From: Podarcis erhardii
Lineage: Eukaryota
NCBI GenBank assembly: GCA_964252035.1
Contig: OZ176202.1
Reading direction: 5' to 3' (one strand)
DNA: 64,000 nucleotides
Positions 24,916 to 37,875 of the stretch are shown here, one piece after another; the first letter of the stretch is position 1, and each line of letters begins with the position of its first letter. The notes under the pieces were generated by a model. It had not been told where the DNA came from. It worked only from the letters and a program-made list of their open reading frames with translations, and searched no databases. Both the position numbers and the translations under genes were made by a program.

Positions 24916-25828
24916 TCAGAAGTAAGTCCTAATGCATTTTATACTGCTTGCTCCCAGGTAAATGGCCATAGGATTGCAGCTGGGTAAATGTTTATTATGC
25001 CTACTTATATCAAATACCTGTAAAATTACTCAGTAAATTATTGTGCTGTTTTTCATAGCTTCCAGGAATGTGTGAAATATGTCCTCATGCGTGAATCAGA
25101 GTACCGTTATGAACAGGCTTATTACACACACCCTTAAGTGTAATATACTGATTTGGGTTGGTAGGCCAGAATTCCTGGCAAAAACAGCTACAGCTTTCTC
25201 CTTGTGCCTCTACTTATCAGCAAAAAACAGCTTGAGAGTTATTCTCCCAAGTCATTTTTCTGAAGTGGCTGGGGGAAAATTGTGGGGTCCCCCCCCCCCG
25301 AATGTTTAGCTAGGAAAAGATCTGCTGATTTTGAGCGAGAACATTATGTGTTGCCTTTTAAAATTCCTTCAGGATTCTTTTGCTCAGCTCTGATGATTCT
25401 GAAGCAAGTTTTAGTGAGGACCACCTGAAAGTGAAACATGCTGCTACAGCAATTGTTGTCATTACTAGCACTTTGTCCTTGGAGTTTAAAGAAAGAAACG
25501 CCAGGCCAGTTGGTTTGTGAGGGTCCAAATCTGTGGTCCCTGAATCTGTGGTCCCTGAAAAGCATGACTTTACTGCTCAAAACTAATCAATGTCCCATTC
25601 TCATTCAACAGCACACTAACAACACTGAAAAGACAGTAAAACCAAATGAGCTCTAAAAATGAGCACTTTTCTTAAATAAGGATCTTTCTAATCTGTTTTT
25701 AACTGGTCTTTTTAATAATAGTTAATGTCATTGCTTTGTCACTTTTGATTATTTTTAGATAGTTTTTTTATTTAGTGTCTGTTTGCATTTATTGTGTTTT
25801 TATTATATCTTGTGCTCTTTTGTGACAT

Positions 25829-25856
25829 TATGTATGTATGTATGTATGTATGTATG
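25829..25856. repeat. (TATG)7 microsatellite
   Basis: Direct reading. Confidence 0.95.
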
Positions 25857-28649
25857 TGTGTATGTATTTAAAATATTATTGTGCTGCTTTTCATTTAAAA
25901 ACCACAAAGCAGTCAGTGTGGCCCGCAACTTTGTACACACATGCAGAAGTTCTTGTAGGGAGCAGCAGCTGCTACAACATCACACATATACCTAATCCTA
26001 TAAACCCTGCAAAGGTGACCCTCAAAGCTGAGCAGCCAACCCCCTCAACCCCCCCCCCTTGATGGTATAGTGAGACAACCAACAGAAATCATGTGGGATG
26101 CTCATGAAGCACATTTTGCTTCTTTTTCAGGAGGGACATGAGGATATTCTAAAAAAACATTTTAGTATGATATACAGAGGACCAACCTGCTCAGGCAATA
26201 GCTTATGTGGCATGGAATTTGAGAGTGACCTTGATTTAAAAATAGGTACCAGAATCCAGAAAGGTGAACATTCACATAACCATGCTGTTCACATAATTAT
26301 TATAATCAGGCAGTACACTTATTTTCCTGACACTTGCCTGATGCGTGGTTCTCCCAGTGATTAACTTTTCATTTCATGCAGATGGTAGTCATCAGTGTAA
26401 TAAAAGTTCATCATTGATAAAATCATCAGAACATAAATGGGTTGTTAAAGGGATCATCTGATTCCACCAGAATATTCCACAGTCTCAATGGAATGCACTC
26501 GTCAAGGGCAGGGATTCTTCTTAAGAGGAAAATCACCTCTCACATTATTGATGTTCCTTGTTGCCCTTTTGCTATGAAAGAATTAAACAGGCGTGTATTT
26601 TTTAGGGGAAACAAGCACATTTCCATACCAGCTTCTTTTTTTTATGCACAAGTAAGTTCTCTTAAAAATGTGCACTCTTCTACCCATCTTCATTTTTAAA
26701 AATCAAAACTATTTTATTGACAAGTAAAACATTTTCACCCATAATCTTTTGTGCTAAACAACACAAAACCACATTACAGTATGCAGTAAAAACACAACAA
26801 TGAATGGGGGAATATGATTTGCCATTTCTTGAAAATCTTATGTCTAAATCAGCTGCTTCACCCTTTCTAATTCAAGTTCCACCTTGCATGGATAAGTGAC
26901 TAACTGTGTTTACCCTTTTGCAAAAGGCGATGTTTTTCATTGCCCCCAATTATTAGCTCAAAAATGGAAGACAGAAGCCTGGTGAAAACAGAAATAGAAC
27001 TTGCACATTTTTCTTTAGTGCATTACAAAGTTCCATGGATTTTACAGTTGTTCTGTATAGATTTTTTTTTTTTTTACTTTGAATCTGTCTCAGACTTCAC
27101 ATCAAATATATTCACGTTGGCCTCCTGATGACCCCAAATAGGTCAGCTCTGGTGATGCATATTGAATAATGTGATTATAGAAGGTACAACCAGGCTAATA
27201 AGGTACAGTGTATGGAACTCTCTAGGAGCTTTGAAGTACATCTTTCAATTTTCTATCTTGCCTTTAACAAAAAATAAAGATTTGTGCCAGCAGCACTTTT
27301 ACCATCTTATTAACACAGCTATGTTGCTCGAAACTGACAATTGTACCTGTCTTGTTTCTCATAGTTATGCCCGTTTGGTCTTTTTGCAGTTATGAATGCC
27401 AGCGACATTCCTACAAATTACTGCACTGATTTTTTTTTATTAAAAAAATAATAATACACCAAACCTAAAATGTTATCGTATCATCTTTTAACTTTTAAAT
27501 GCGCTGTCAAACAATAGAGTCAAAAATATGGGGCTGCGGCAGTTATTTCATATTAATGCTCCGAGTTCAAACAAAGTGTCAAGATGACTAAGTACAAGGG
27601 ATTTTCAAAATGCTTTAATGTTGCCTCATTTCAAATCACTTCATAAGCAGCTTGGTAATGAGCTCAATAAATTCTGCTGGGAAAAAAATACACTTACTAC
27701 AAAAAAAAGTAGGTTGCTATTTTATAATTAGCCCTCTGGGCTTGAGGGAAGGAGCCGTATTTCCTGTTTGAAACCCACTTTGTTAGCACTGTGATGTGGA
27801 GATGGCTAAATGAGTATGAAATATTGTAATTAAGTACATCAGAAGCTGTTTATCTTATCAGCAGTGTTTTTCTGCAAAGGCTGCTCCATTCACCATCGGT
27901 GTATTATCTCACATGCACATATACACATAAATACATATTTGTGACTTCCCAAGTCTAATGGACACAGTTTCCACCAAACACTGTAGGGGGTGAAAGTGAT
28001 ATGAGAGCAAAGTTGTGGGTTTTTTATTTTAAAAAATCAGCGCAGGAGGTATTCCTTTCATGTTAGTTCAGCACTGTTTATTCAAAACACAAAGGCAGTT
28101 TATTAAAACTCCATTTGTTCTCATGAAAGGACATATCCTTCCTTAGTTCTGATGAAAGGAAATACACAGTCAGCTCCTCATAAGAATGCATGAGGGCTTA
28201 GAATAGTGCACACATGCCAAGCCTATCCCAAATTTCCCTGAATGCACCAGGTGTGCCTGTTCCATCCCTGAGATTCTCAAAAGGTCCAAAGGGAGCTTAC
28301 AGTATATCATGAGGATAGCAACCTGATTGTGGTGAGGCCAGCAAGCATGTTCAGCCAAATCGAGCTCGTGTGGGTGCTTTGATGAGGTGTTGTTTTTATC
28401 CATGATTAGAAAAGAGCTGAACACCAGCCTTGATAATTTGAAAAGTAAGAATAGGTTTACTGTTATTGATTGACCGGGTTTTGCTGGTTTGCTCTGAAGA
28501 CTGATGAATCCAGGTGGTTTTCTGGCATTGCTAGGAAATTTTCCTGCTGGTTTAGCTGCCATTTCAGACAAATCCTGGGTCTTTGCTTAGAATAAGGGGG
28601 TGACTAGAGCCAGCAATCTGATTGCTTTTGAACATCATTAACCCAGTTG

Positions 28650-28995
28650 TATATTTCTCCTGGACCTCTCAGTGGCTTTCAATACCATGGTATCTTTCTG
28701 GGCTGCCTGACCAGAAGGTGGTGGACCTTTTGTTCCATCCCATAACTTTGGCTCTATTTCCTATGGCTCTATTTTCTCCCCCAAGCTTTTTAACCTCCAT
28801 CTGAAACTTCTGGGAGAAGTCACTGAGAGTTTGTGCTAAAGTGGCACCATATGTGGATGACACAAAATTCTACCTCTCATTTCCACCTCTTTTCCCCAAG
28901 GTGACTGTGGAACCTTTGAACTGGTACCTGGAGGCAGTTTTAGGATGTATCAGGTGAACAAGCTGAAACTTAATCCAGACATTGCAAGGTGCTGT
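28650..28995 (+). mobile_element. L2-clade LINE reverse-transcriptase remnant
   Basis: Frameshifted pieces LLDLSVAFNT, SPKLFNLHLKLLGE, YVDDTKFYLSF (the YADD motif) and NKLKLNPD. Confidence 0.8.
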
Positions 28996-29599
28996 GGCTA
29001 GTTTGCATCACAAAATGTGCAGAATACTAAGCAGAACAAATGAAAGACAAACTGTTGGACTTACATGTAGATGTTTAAGTGTGTTATTAGAAGGGGACTG
29101 AAATTTTCAGTGTATATCTACCGGACCTTAAATTTGCTAACGGCTCTGATCTGGACTAATTTAGTTCTTCAAACAGTCTATTCTGCAATTTCTTTAAATG
29201 GAACATACCAAAATGATAATGTTTTCCCCCACTGGGATACAAAGTAGTGTTTGCCTTCTTTTAAAAGTCTAACCTTTTAGTCTATCCAAACTAGCGACTT
29301 ACTTGCAACAATAGTCAATAATTTGTGCCTTGGGGGAAATGCCATAATGCGATTGGAGCACAAGGCAATTAAGGCAATCCAGTGCACTGAGAAGAAAACT
29401 CTGAGTGGGCTGCAGATAGTTTGAGAACAGCCTGGAGAATGAGATCTGATTATATCCTTTATCATGGCAAAAATGATCACTCATCTTAAAATTACACCAT
29501 CATTAAAAATAAATAAATCCCTCTACAATACCTTTGAGGCATCTTTCAACTGCTGTAAATCACAGACAGCTATAAGCTGCATGATGTACTATTCAGTTT

Positions 29600-29933
29600 T
29601 GTTGTGAGTTGAGGACCCGCCACCCACATAGAGATAAATAAGACACAAGGTTTCATGTATTTTAGGTTAATGGGCTAAATAAGGCCCAAAACAGGAAGCC
29701 GAATGGGGCCTCAGCACCGGCGCAGCCGCTTAAAAGCAGCTAAACCCCGCCCCCAACTTATCTCTATTGGCTGGCTGAAGGGCTTGGTGCAGCAGCTGGG
29801 AGAAGGCTGACGCAGGGGGCCGAATACACCCCCCTGCTGACGTGGGAGCCGGCTCCTGCTCACAACTCCTCCCCTCTGGAAGGAGGAGAGGTCAACTCAT
29901 GCATTTACTAGGTATTAGCTGAAGCAGCTGACA
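29600..29933 (-). mobile_element. Probable solo LTR (~334 bp)
   Basis: TGT...ACA termini and GC/CpG-rich relative to the flanks. Minus strand order: CCAAT box (gccaatag), GC box (gggggcgggg), TATA-like ttttaag. No convincing TSD found. Confidence 0.45.
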
Positions 29934-30104
29934 CTCTTGTTTTGATATAGGATAAAAAGGGGGTCTTTGGTTATTGTGTTGGTTATGGCAAATCCCTTGT
30001 GGACTCAAGAGATTGGTAGGCTCAATAAACTTCCAGGACCCCCCCCCATTATATATTTAGCTTATCCTTGCTCCAAATAGCATGACATGACAAAAGTGGC
30101 ATTA

Positions 30105-30250
30105 TTTCATTCTATCATCACAACAATCCTATGAAGTAGGTTAGGTTGAGAGGGTTTGGGTGCCCCATGATTAGTAAGCAAGCTTCATGATTGGATGGAC
30201 TTCCTGTTTGGACATGGACCAAAGTCCTGGTCCAAGCACAGCACTCCACC
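30105..30250 (-). mobile_element. Degraded CORE/MIR-like SINE
   Basis: catcacaacaatcctatgaagtaggttaggttgagag...agcttcatg. Confidence 0.55.
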
Positions 30251-31469
30251 CTCCACCCTCCTGCTGGTGCCTGTTGCCTTCTGGAATGATAAAAGTATTC
30301 AGCTTTTGATTATGGCTAATGCCTATGAAGCTGCAAAACTCCACCCTGTGTTGCTTGCATAGGAAAAATATTTGCGCATTACAGACATGTTTTAGAGTTT
30401 CTCATAGTTCTTAATTCCAGGCTTATTGAATGAATGACACAATTTTTAGTAACTTTATATTTTCAATTAGCATGACACTTCTGGAGAACATGGAACAGGA
30501 AAATCTTATTGGGAAGAATATTTCTATTTAAACATTCTATGGTCTCCTTACACATGTGGAGCATGCTCCAGCCGCTGCAGGAATCAGATCAGGGCAGCAA
30601 GAAGAGACATTTTACACATCAGGATCAGTTTTTGATATAGAGGTACAGAGGCTCCTAGTCTAATTGCACAATACACAGTTCAACAGCCAGTCCTCAGCTC
30701 AGAGGCATTTTCTGATATGAGCCTTGACCGCAGTCTGTTCAGCAGAACCTGTGTAATCAATAACTCAATATCACCTTATGTGAACAAGCACCTTTTGAAC
30801 ATGTCCAGACCACCATTACTCAAGTCACCTTGCCATTACTGCAAAACTGTGTAGCCTATAACTATTATGTGGTCCAGGATTCCAACATTCTTACTGAAGG
30901 AGTGCCATTAAAATCAATGGAGCCTTTATGGAGTAAGGTGCTGTTTTCCATGAATAATGGCGGAAAGCAGAAGAGGCTCAGAACATTTAAACTGGGCTTG
31001 GGTATGAAGTACCAAAATACCAGCTATAAGTTAAAACTGTCACCCTTTCCTTTCTGAAGTGGCAGTGCTAAACACTAGGCCAAAGTGCACTGTGCAGGTT
31101 TAAGAAGACGGAAACAAACAGAGAAAAGAAACAGACATAAAGTAAGATTAAGAGAGATGGAATATTCCAGTAGACTCAGATATTCAAAAATTGGAGGTAA
31201 TAGCAGCAGCATGAATCATTGCAAGAACAGTTAACATCACTGTTTTTTACTTCTGTTAACTCCTTGTATCTTGTGAAAAACTTTGGTTTATTTTATTTTA
31301 TTTAGTGAAGCGTCTAGTAGAGATTATTTCTATACAACCACCTCATAAAATATAACAAAACAAAAATGCTAAAGAAGTGATGAAGGGGGGGGACAAGTCA
31401 CAAGAAATGTGATGTCTAAGTCCATATCTAATGCCCCCCCCATATTCAATTCAATAAATTGCAGTGTCA

Positions 31470-31473
<4 letters not shown>

Positions 31474-31510
<37 letters not shown>
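31474..31510. repeat. (CT)n microsatellite
   Basis: Direct reading. Confidence 0.97.
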
Positions 31511-31514
<4 letters not shown>

Positions 31515-32901
31515 GTATGTAACTCACACAATTGCTTTCCCCATAATGAGTCAAGCCTTCTTGGTCAATTCTTCTTTCCTTCAGAAGAAAACAATAGCAA
31601 AACACCAAATCTCTCACACTGTGTAGGGCAGCATTGCAACATAGTGGCCATTTTCACTGTAAAGAGGATAGTGAGGGAATCATCTAGTGCTGGTTTGCTC
31701 CAAAACAGTATCTTTTGTCTCCAGAAATCTCTCCCACTTTCCTGACAAGGACTCTTTGCCACAGATTGTTTTTATTTAGATTTATCTAGTGACCGTTCAG
31801 TGCTCCCAGTTTCCCCCCACCTTCTCTGGGATGCATTTGACAGCAAGGATATAATTGTTCCATTGAATTAGTTTGGCCATTTTCAAGCAAAACTGGTTTC
31901 CCCTTCTTTGAAGTTGGCAGATGAATAAATTTGTTTAGATTCCAAGTCCGTTCACATTCCCAGGATTGGGCTGGCACTTTCTCTTAGCAACCATGGGGGC
32001 TGGTGCTGTGGGAAATGCAAGGTAGATTGCAATTTACAATGAAAGATTTACAGAGAAGGAACTTTCTTAATGACAGACTTGAATATCCTTGATTATCATG
32101 GCAGGAACAGATCTCCGAGCAGTGCCAAACACTCAGCCACAGAATTCCTTCATTGAGAGAGCTCCTCAATCTTCCTGTCACATTTGAGTTGCAAGGGAAG
32201 AAATCTTCTTCTGCAATAATTATAATCAATCGTCTTTTGCAGGGGATGTAACTTCGGTGCCATTGTTTACTTTTGCAATTGGAACCATATTGCACTTAGA
32301 TTGCTGAAATTTTGTGAAATGTCATTATCTGACAGTTTAGCCATCTGCCCTTAGCCAGATGCTCCCATTCTCTTGCATGGCATGTCACTGAAAACAAAAG
32401 AGCATAAAGTAAACTAGTCTTGAGTTATTTCCTATGAGGGAATGTATGGTTTGATTTCTTTGTCATCTGGACTCTTTACTTCTGGGGTGTTCCTCTCCCC
32501 CCTCAGAATTGAATGGTATTATTGTTCCTTTTAACTTTTCCTGAAAAAATCCCATAGAGAATAACAATGTATGTTTATCTAGAGCAGACTTGACAGATTT
32601 TAACCCACAAATTGCATTTTCCGATGTGGTTATGATATTGTACTTTATAAATGTGTGGGAAAACAGGAAGCCAGTGTGGTGATTATAAAAGAGATCCATG
32701 CTTACAAGTCTGCATAGCTGAAGCGGAGCAAGCCAATCTCAACTTGAAGAGGTAGTTCCCAACAATGTTTGAGGCTGTGAGGATTTGTGATACCTTAAGG
32801 TCTCAAAAATTATTTTTGTTATTACATTTTTCTTCTGTTTTTCTCTCAGAGCTGGCCCTACCATGAGTCAGAGTTAGGTGACTGGCCACCTCAAGCAATT
32901 G

Positions 32902-33041
32902 GGTCACATCCGCACAATACATTTAAAGCACATGCCTTCCCCCAAAGAATCCTGGGAATTACAGCTCTGTGTGGAGCAAACTATAGTTCCCGAGATTCTC
33001 TGGTGGGAGCAATATGTTCCGCAAATGGTATGGATATGACC
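32902..33041. mobile_element. Palindromic squamate MITE
   Basis: TIR ggtcacatcc/ggatatgacc (9/10). Inner stem aagaatcctgggaa...ttcccgagattct. Confidence 0.7.
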
Positions 33042-33249
33042 ATAATTTTTGTGTGTCATGAAAGGGCACTAAATGTTATTTAAATGTATTATTAAATATT
33101 TACCACCAGTGATACAGAGAAGTGCTTGGAAGATTTTCTGCCTCTGGTGCTGAAAATTACTTAACCAGCCTTGGATACTCTCCCTAAGCAGAAAAAAAAA
33201 ATGTATTGAACCAGCTCTGGATGGTACATATGGTCTCTTTATTGTATCC

Positions 33250-33370
33250 TTAGTACAACTTAGTGAGGGAAGTTAAGCCGACAGTGAGTTAACTGGCTAA
33301 AATATATCAAGAGAGTTTTGTGGCGGAGCAGGCATTTGAACCTAAGTATTCCTTAGTCTGAAGCCACCAC
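33250..33370 (-). mobile_element. Degraded CORE/MIR-like SINE
   Basis: gtgagttaactggctaaaatatatcaagagagttttgtggcggagcaggcatttgaacctaag. Confidence 0.45.
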
Positions 33371-34114
33371 TGGTGTCCATTTCATCAAACTTGTCACTTT
33401 GATTTATTTGACAAGAGATTTAGTGTTTAGAAACTTAACAAGCACAAAACGAAAGGAAAGGACCCATGAGATTTAACAGCATATTTGGCTGCATGGTGGA
33501 CAAGGATGGGAGGATAAGAAGATACTGGATGCAATTTTTAAAAAAAATGGTTGAGAGCCATTGAAATCTGCCACTTAAGCTCACAGTAGCTTAAAGATCA
33601 CTGAAATCTGTAGAACTTAACCACGTCTATGTTTCTCAAGAGCTTGGCTTAGAAATTGATGAAGAGATTCTGGGTCAGTAGTGTTGAATTAACTTGCAGA
33701 GTTAACACCCAGAGTTTGGAAGCTACCTGCATACTGAATACTTGCTGTTGAGCTCTCTTTAACCCTAAAGCAATCACACTGTGAGGTGAAAACAATAAAG
33801 CTAAGTACAGTATATTATAGGAAATACATATTGTTGTTGTTGGATATTGCTGGATATTGAAGAGTTCCTATTCTAGCTAAGCTGGATAGCCAAAGGAGCC
33901 ATCCTTGCTCTTTGATCTCTGCAGAAAAGGAAGACAAAAGGAAAGATGACTCCTTCTCTCTGCTTCAGAAGTAAGGGTGTGATGAAGGGGGAAACAGGAA
34001 CCCTAAGAATATCAGCCTAGCACTTTTGGAGAGATAATGCGCAGATTAGGTTCAAAAGACAGTCTAGGAAATTTGGAGGTTCCTCTCCCTCCTTCTCCTC
34101 TGTAAACCCCAGCA

Positions 34115-34210
34115 GCTTTTATAAAAGCAGCCTGCTGAAGATGTACTAATCCCAGTGTTCAGTTGGATTTCCTTCTGCAGTCTTGACGTCACTGATGCCC
34201 TGCCCGCCTC
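34115..34210 (-). promoter_or_regulatory. Possible promoter module: GC box, full CRE and TATA box
   Basis: Minus strand order: GGCGGG (~34202-34207), TGACGTCA (34184-34191), then TATAAAA inside the 14-bp palindrome gcttttataaaagc (34115-34128). Confidence 0.25.
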
Positions 34211-35906
34211 ATCCCAGTAAGTGCTAAGTGATGCCAGTGTTGGGAGGATGGTTCCATGGCATTGCCCAACCTCACCAGCCATGCCTGTAAACAAATGGAA
34301 ACCAGCATCCTTGTGTGACCCACTGCAAACTCACTTTTTGCTGCAGCTTTCTCCTCCTGTTAACAATCCATAGAAGAAACTTGTAAGGGAATGGATGAAT
34401 TTTGTTCTGGAGAACAGAAAGCGGTATTGCCTATTCTAGTGAAAGACATATGCAGATCTGATGGAAGCACCCAGTCCTAGTCTCTCCTGTTAAGATTCTA
34501 GTTGTTATTTCAGTGTCTTACTCATTTTGTACAAGCTGGTAAGATGACCTTGTAGAAATTAGACTGACCCTTGCTTGATTTATATGTCATTGCATGATAA
34601 TCATTACAGAGATATCTCTTTTAAAAGGCAGAAGTGAAAGAGACAACCACTCCATCTTAGAAGGAAGGAAAAAAGAAAAGCAAAAAGGTAGCATGTCAAG
34701 AATAAATCTATTTATTTTCAAATCTCCCAAATGAGTTTTGATTCTGAAAGGATCATTATATGTCAGGGAGGAATATGGCCAACCCTCTCCCCAGAGAAGC
34801 TGAATTCAAGGATATACCGGTACTTCCAGGGGATTTATCAGAGTGTTCTTTTATAGTTTGCCAATCAGACCGTGACTCTCATTGTTGCAATTTGTTTTGA
34901 CTTTTTCCATCTTAGCCTATTAAAAAAATAGTGTCTGCCATATTGAGGTGTAATAGTTCTGTCAGGTTATTTGTGTGCGCGCTGCTCAGTGTAAGAGTGT
35001 GTTTAGACATAAGTATGCTGTGATACTCTCACAGATAATTCAGGATTGCTGTTTCAGAATTACCAACAAAAGGCTAGCAGTGTTGGATTTTGAGATACAG
35101 AACCCAATGCAGTAGCAATATTCAAGAACTATTTATCACCAGTGAAATGAAGTGGAATACTCAGTGGGCATACATGATTACCTTCAGTTTGAAGGGCACT
35201 ATTTGTGCATGAGTGTACGTGTGTGAGAGACAGACAGAGACAGAGAGAAAGAGAGAAGGAAAGGGAGCGAGAGAGAAAGAATAATTGTGCTAGAGATACA
35301 CAGACTATTGCCCCCAAGGAAATAAAACAAAAATATATATATTATGCTTCTATGGCACATTAAATTAACATTATAGCACATTTCACAGGACCTGTTACGG
35401 TTAGAGACATGTTGCCTGGCTTATCTGCCAGCACACACATAAACAAGGGATGTTCTGGGTGTTTTTGTATCTTCCTAACAGGGGGGAAAAAGGTCCTCAT
35501 TTGTGTAACCTTTCTCCCATCTTTGTTTATTCAAAGGTGATAGGATGAATTGCTCTCCAGACCAGCTGCAGATACCGTCTTGAGAGATTCCATTATATTG
35601 AACTGCAAGGGGTTGTGATTAGGATGCCTTTGAAGTCCTGGGCATGTTGCCACTGATGATCTAACAACTTTCCTGTTTTCCTTTATCTCCTTGCCCTTTC
35701 TAACACCTTGTATGTGGGATGGCTTGTGAACTGAGGGAATTGATAAATAGTATCAGGGGAATAGATTTTCTCTGCATACTACTGCATTACATGGTTAACA
35801 GATTTCTTTTTTAAAGTTTTCTTACAGTACTTTCAATTGATGTTGATCATAGGCTAGAGAATAGCAACTTGAGGGTCACTGGTTATTTATACCCATCTAT
35901 CACCAT

Positions 35907-36265
35907 TGTGAACACAGGTGGCGCTGTGGTCTAAACCACAGAGCCTAGGGCTTGCTAATCAGAAGGTTGGCGGTTTGAATCCCCACAACGAGTTGAGCAC
36001 CCATTGCTTGGTCCCAGCTCCTGCCAACCTAGCAGTTTGATAGCACATCAAAGTGCAAGTAGATAAATAGGTACCCCTCTGGCGGGAAGGTAAACAACGT
36101 TTCCGTGCACTGCTCTGGTTTGCCAGAAGCGGCTTAGTCATGCTGGCCACATGACCCGGAAGCTGTACACTGGCTCCCTTGGCCAGTTAAGCAAGATGAG
36201 CGCTCTGAGCAACCCCAGAGTTGTTCGCGACTGGACCTAATGGTCAGGGGTCCCTTTACCTTTAC
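35907..36265 (+). mobile_element. Sauria SINE, full length and more diverged
   Basis: caggtggcgctgtggtctaaaccacagagcctaggg...ccctttacctttac. 10-bp TSD ctatcaccat at 35897-35906 and 36266-36275. Confidence 0.95.
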
Positions 36266-37737
36266 CTATCACCATCATGAAAAGAGGGCTCGATGCTCAT
36301 CCCATACCTCCCATACCTCACTGCTGACAATCCTCACAAATCTGAACAACCATGCATCCTGGTCTATGATAGCTTGCGCCATTACAAAAAGGTATGGACA
36401 GAAGGGTGCCACAAGACTCTTGGTTTTTGCTTCAAGATTAACATAGCTGTCCCACTGGAAAGTCTTTCCATTGTTTCTGTAATCCCGTGTGAGCACTCTA
36501 CTTGGATAGAAGAGGTAGAATATAAATGCTTATATAAAGAAATCAACTATCATGAGACTGGACCCAAGCAGAGAAGATACGCAGCAAATAGGAGGCTCCT
36601 TTGGTGAGTTTCACAATGATCAATGAGAGTTTCATCAACAGTAATGGGCTAATATTACAGAAAGAGCTTTTGTGCATTTGCCTAATGAGGTTGGCTAATC
36701 ATGAGTTGGCTTTATAGTTCATATAGTTTCACAGTGATCAATGAGAGTTTCATAGCAAGTAAGCGTGTTAAAGAACTTTTGCACTTATGCCTGCAGAGCA
36801 GCCTAGATGCTGACCATGCACACGAATTACTTAATTTTTACACTTCAAGCTGGAGAAGAATTTCTCAGAGGAAAGATACTCAATTCATAATGAGCATTAC
36901 AAGCTGAATAAATGTATATTTCGAACAAGATAATTCTTGACTTCACCAATTATTCCTAATAAAAATAAGGAACAAAGAACTAGCTCTGCCAAAACATTCA
37001 GCTGTGTTGTGCAATGTAGTGTCTAAGGCTGCAATCCTATAACACTTACCTAGGAGTAGATCCCAGTGAATTTAATGGAAAATAACTTTTGCAGACGATT
37101 GTACTGCAAGGATGTCCACTGAGAACTTATTCATTCAAATAGTACTCTTATTAGGCAGTCTTTGAGATGCTTTAATTTTGAAGCCTTGACCTTCCATCTT
37201 GAATGTATACAGGTACTTATACAGATTACTGCAGAGGGTTGTTATAAGAATTGCTTAGATAATAAACTCACAGCATTTTAAACACTCAGGAAACATCATA
37301 TAAAACCTGGGCATTTCTATTATTTGTGTTTTCTCATGAGCCCAGGGCAGATGCTTTTCTGATTCTAGTAAGTGATTTGCCAATAAAGTCACAATGTTTC
37401 TGCGCTAGGGAAATGAAGCTAAGTCTAAAGAGAAACCCACTTTAATATTGGAAGGTAAAGAAGTGCTTCTGGCGTGTCCCTTTGTGGCTTAGAAAGTTCA
37501 ATATGCATATTAGAGCTTCTCCAAGGAGCTGGTGACTTTACTGATTTTAAAAGACACTGTAATAAGTCCAAGGCTGCAAAAATACCCTCTGTATACACAA
37601 TCACCTAAAAAAGCTGATACACAGCCACTGCATGCCTCTCTCTCCAAGTATTCAAAGAAATGGTTCCTCCTGTCCAGCATGGAACTCAGAGATGGATATT
37701 TATCTTGGCTCTCAATAGGTCAATTGGCAGGCTAATA

Positions 37738-37875
37738 CAGGTGTGGGAAACCTTTGACTCTCCAGATGTTACCACACTACAACTTCCATCAGCCCCAGCA
37801 AGCACAGCCAATGGTCAAATATGATGGGAGTTGCAGTTCAGCAACATCTGGAGGGCTACAGGTTCTCCACACCTG
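37738..37875. mobile_element. hAT-type palindromic MITE (138 bp)
   Basis: TIR caggtgtgggaaacct/aggttctccacacctg. 8-bp TSD ggctaata/ggctaatg (7/8). Confidence 0.85.

Noticed and set aside
21881-36150. Three near-identical ORFs (MA(E/K)GAGVQL.GHVASMTKPLLANQSSARK...) at 21881, 23370 and 35959 that look like a gene family
   Set aside because: All lie inside Sauria SINE copies, on the antisense strand of the SINE. They are incidental frames of a non-coding repeat.
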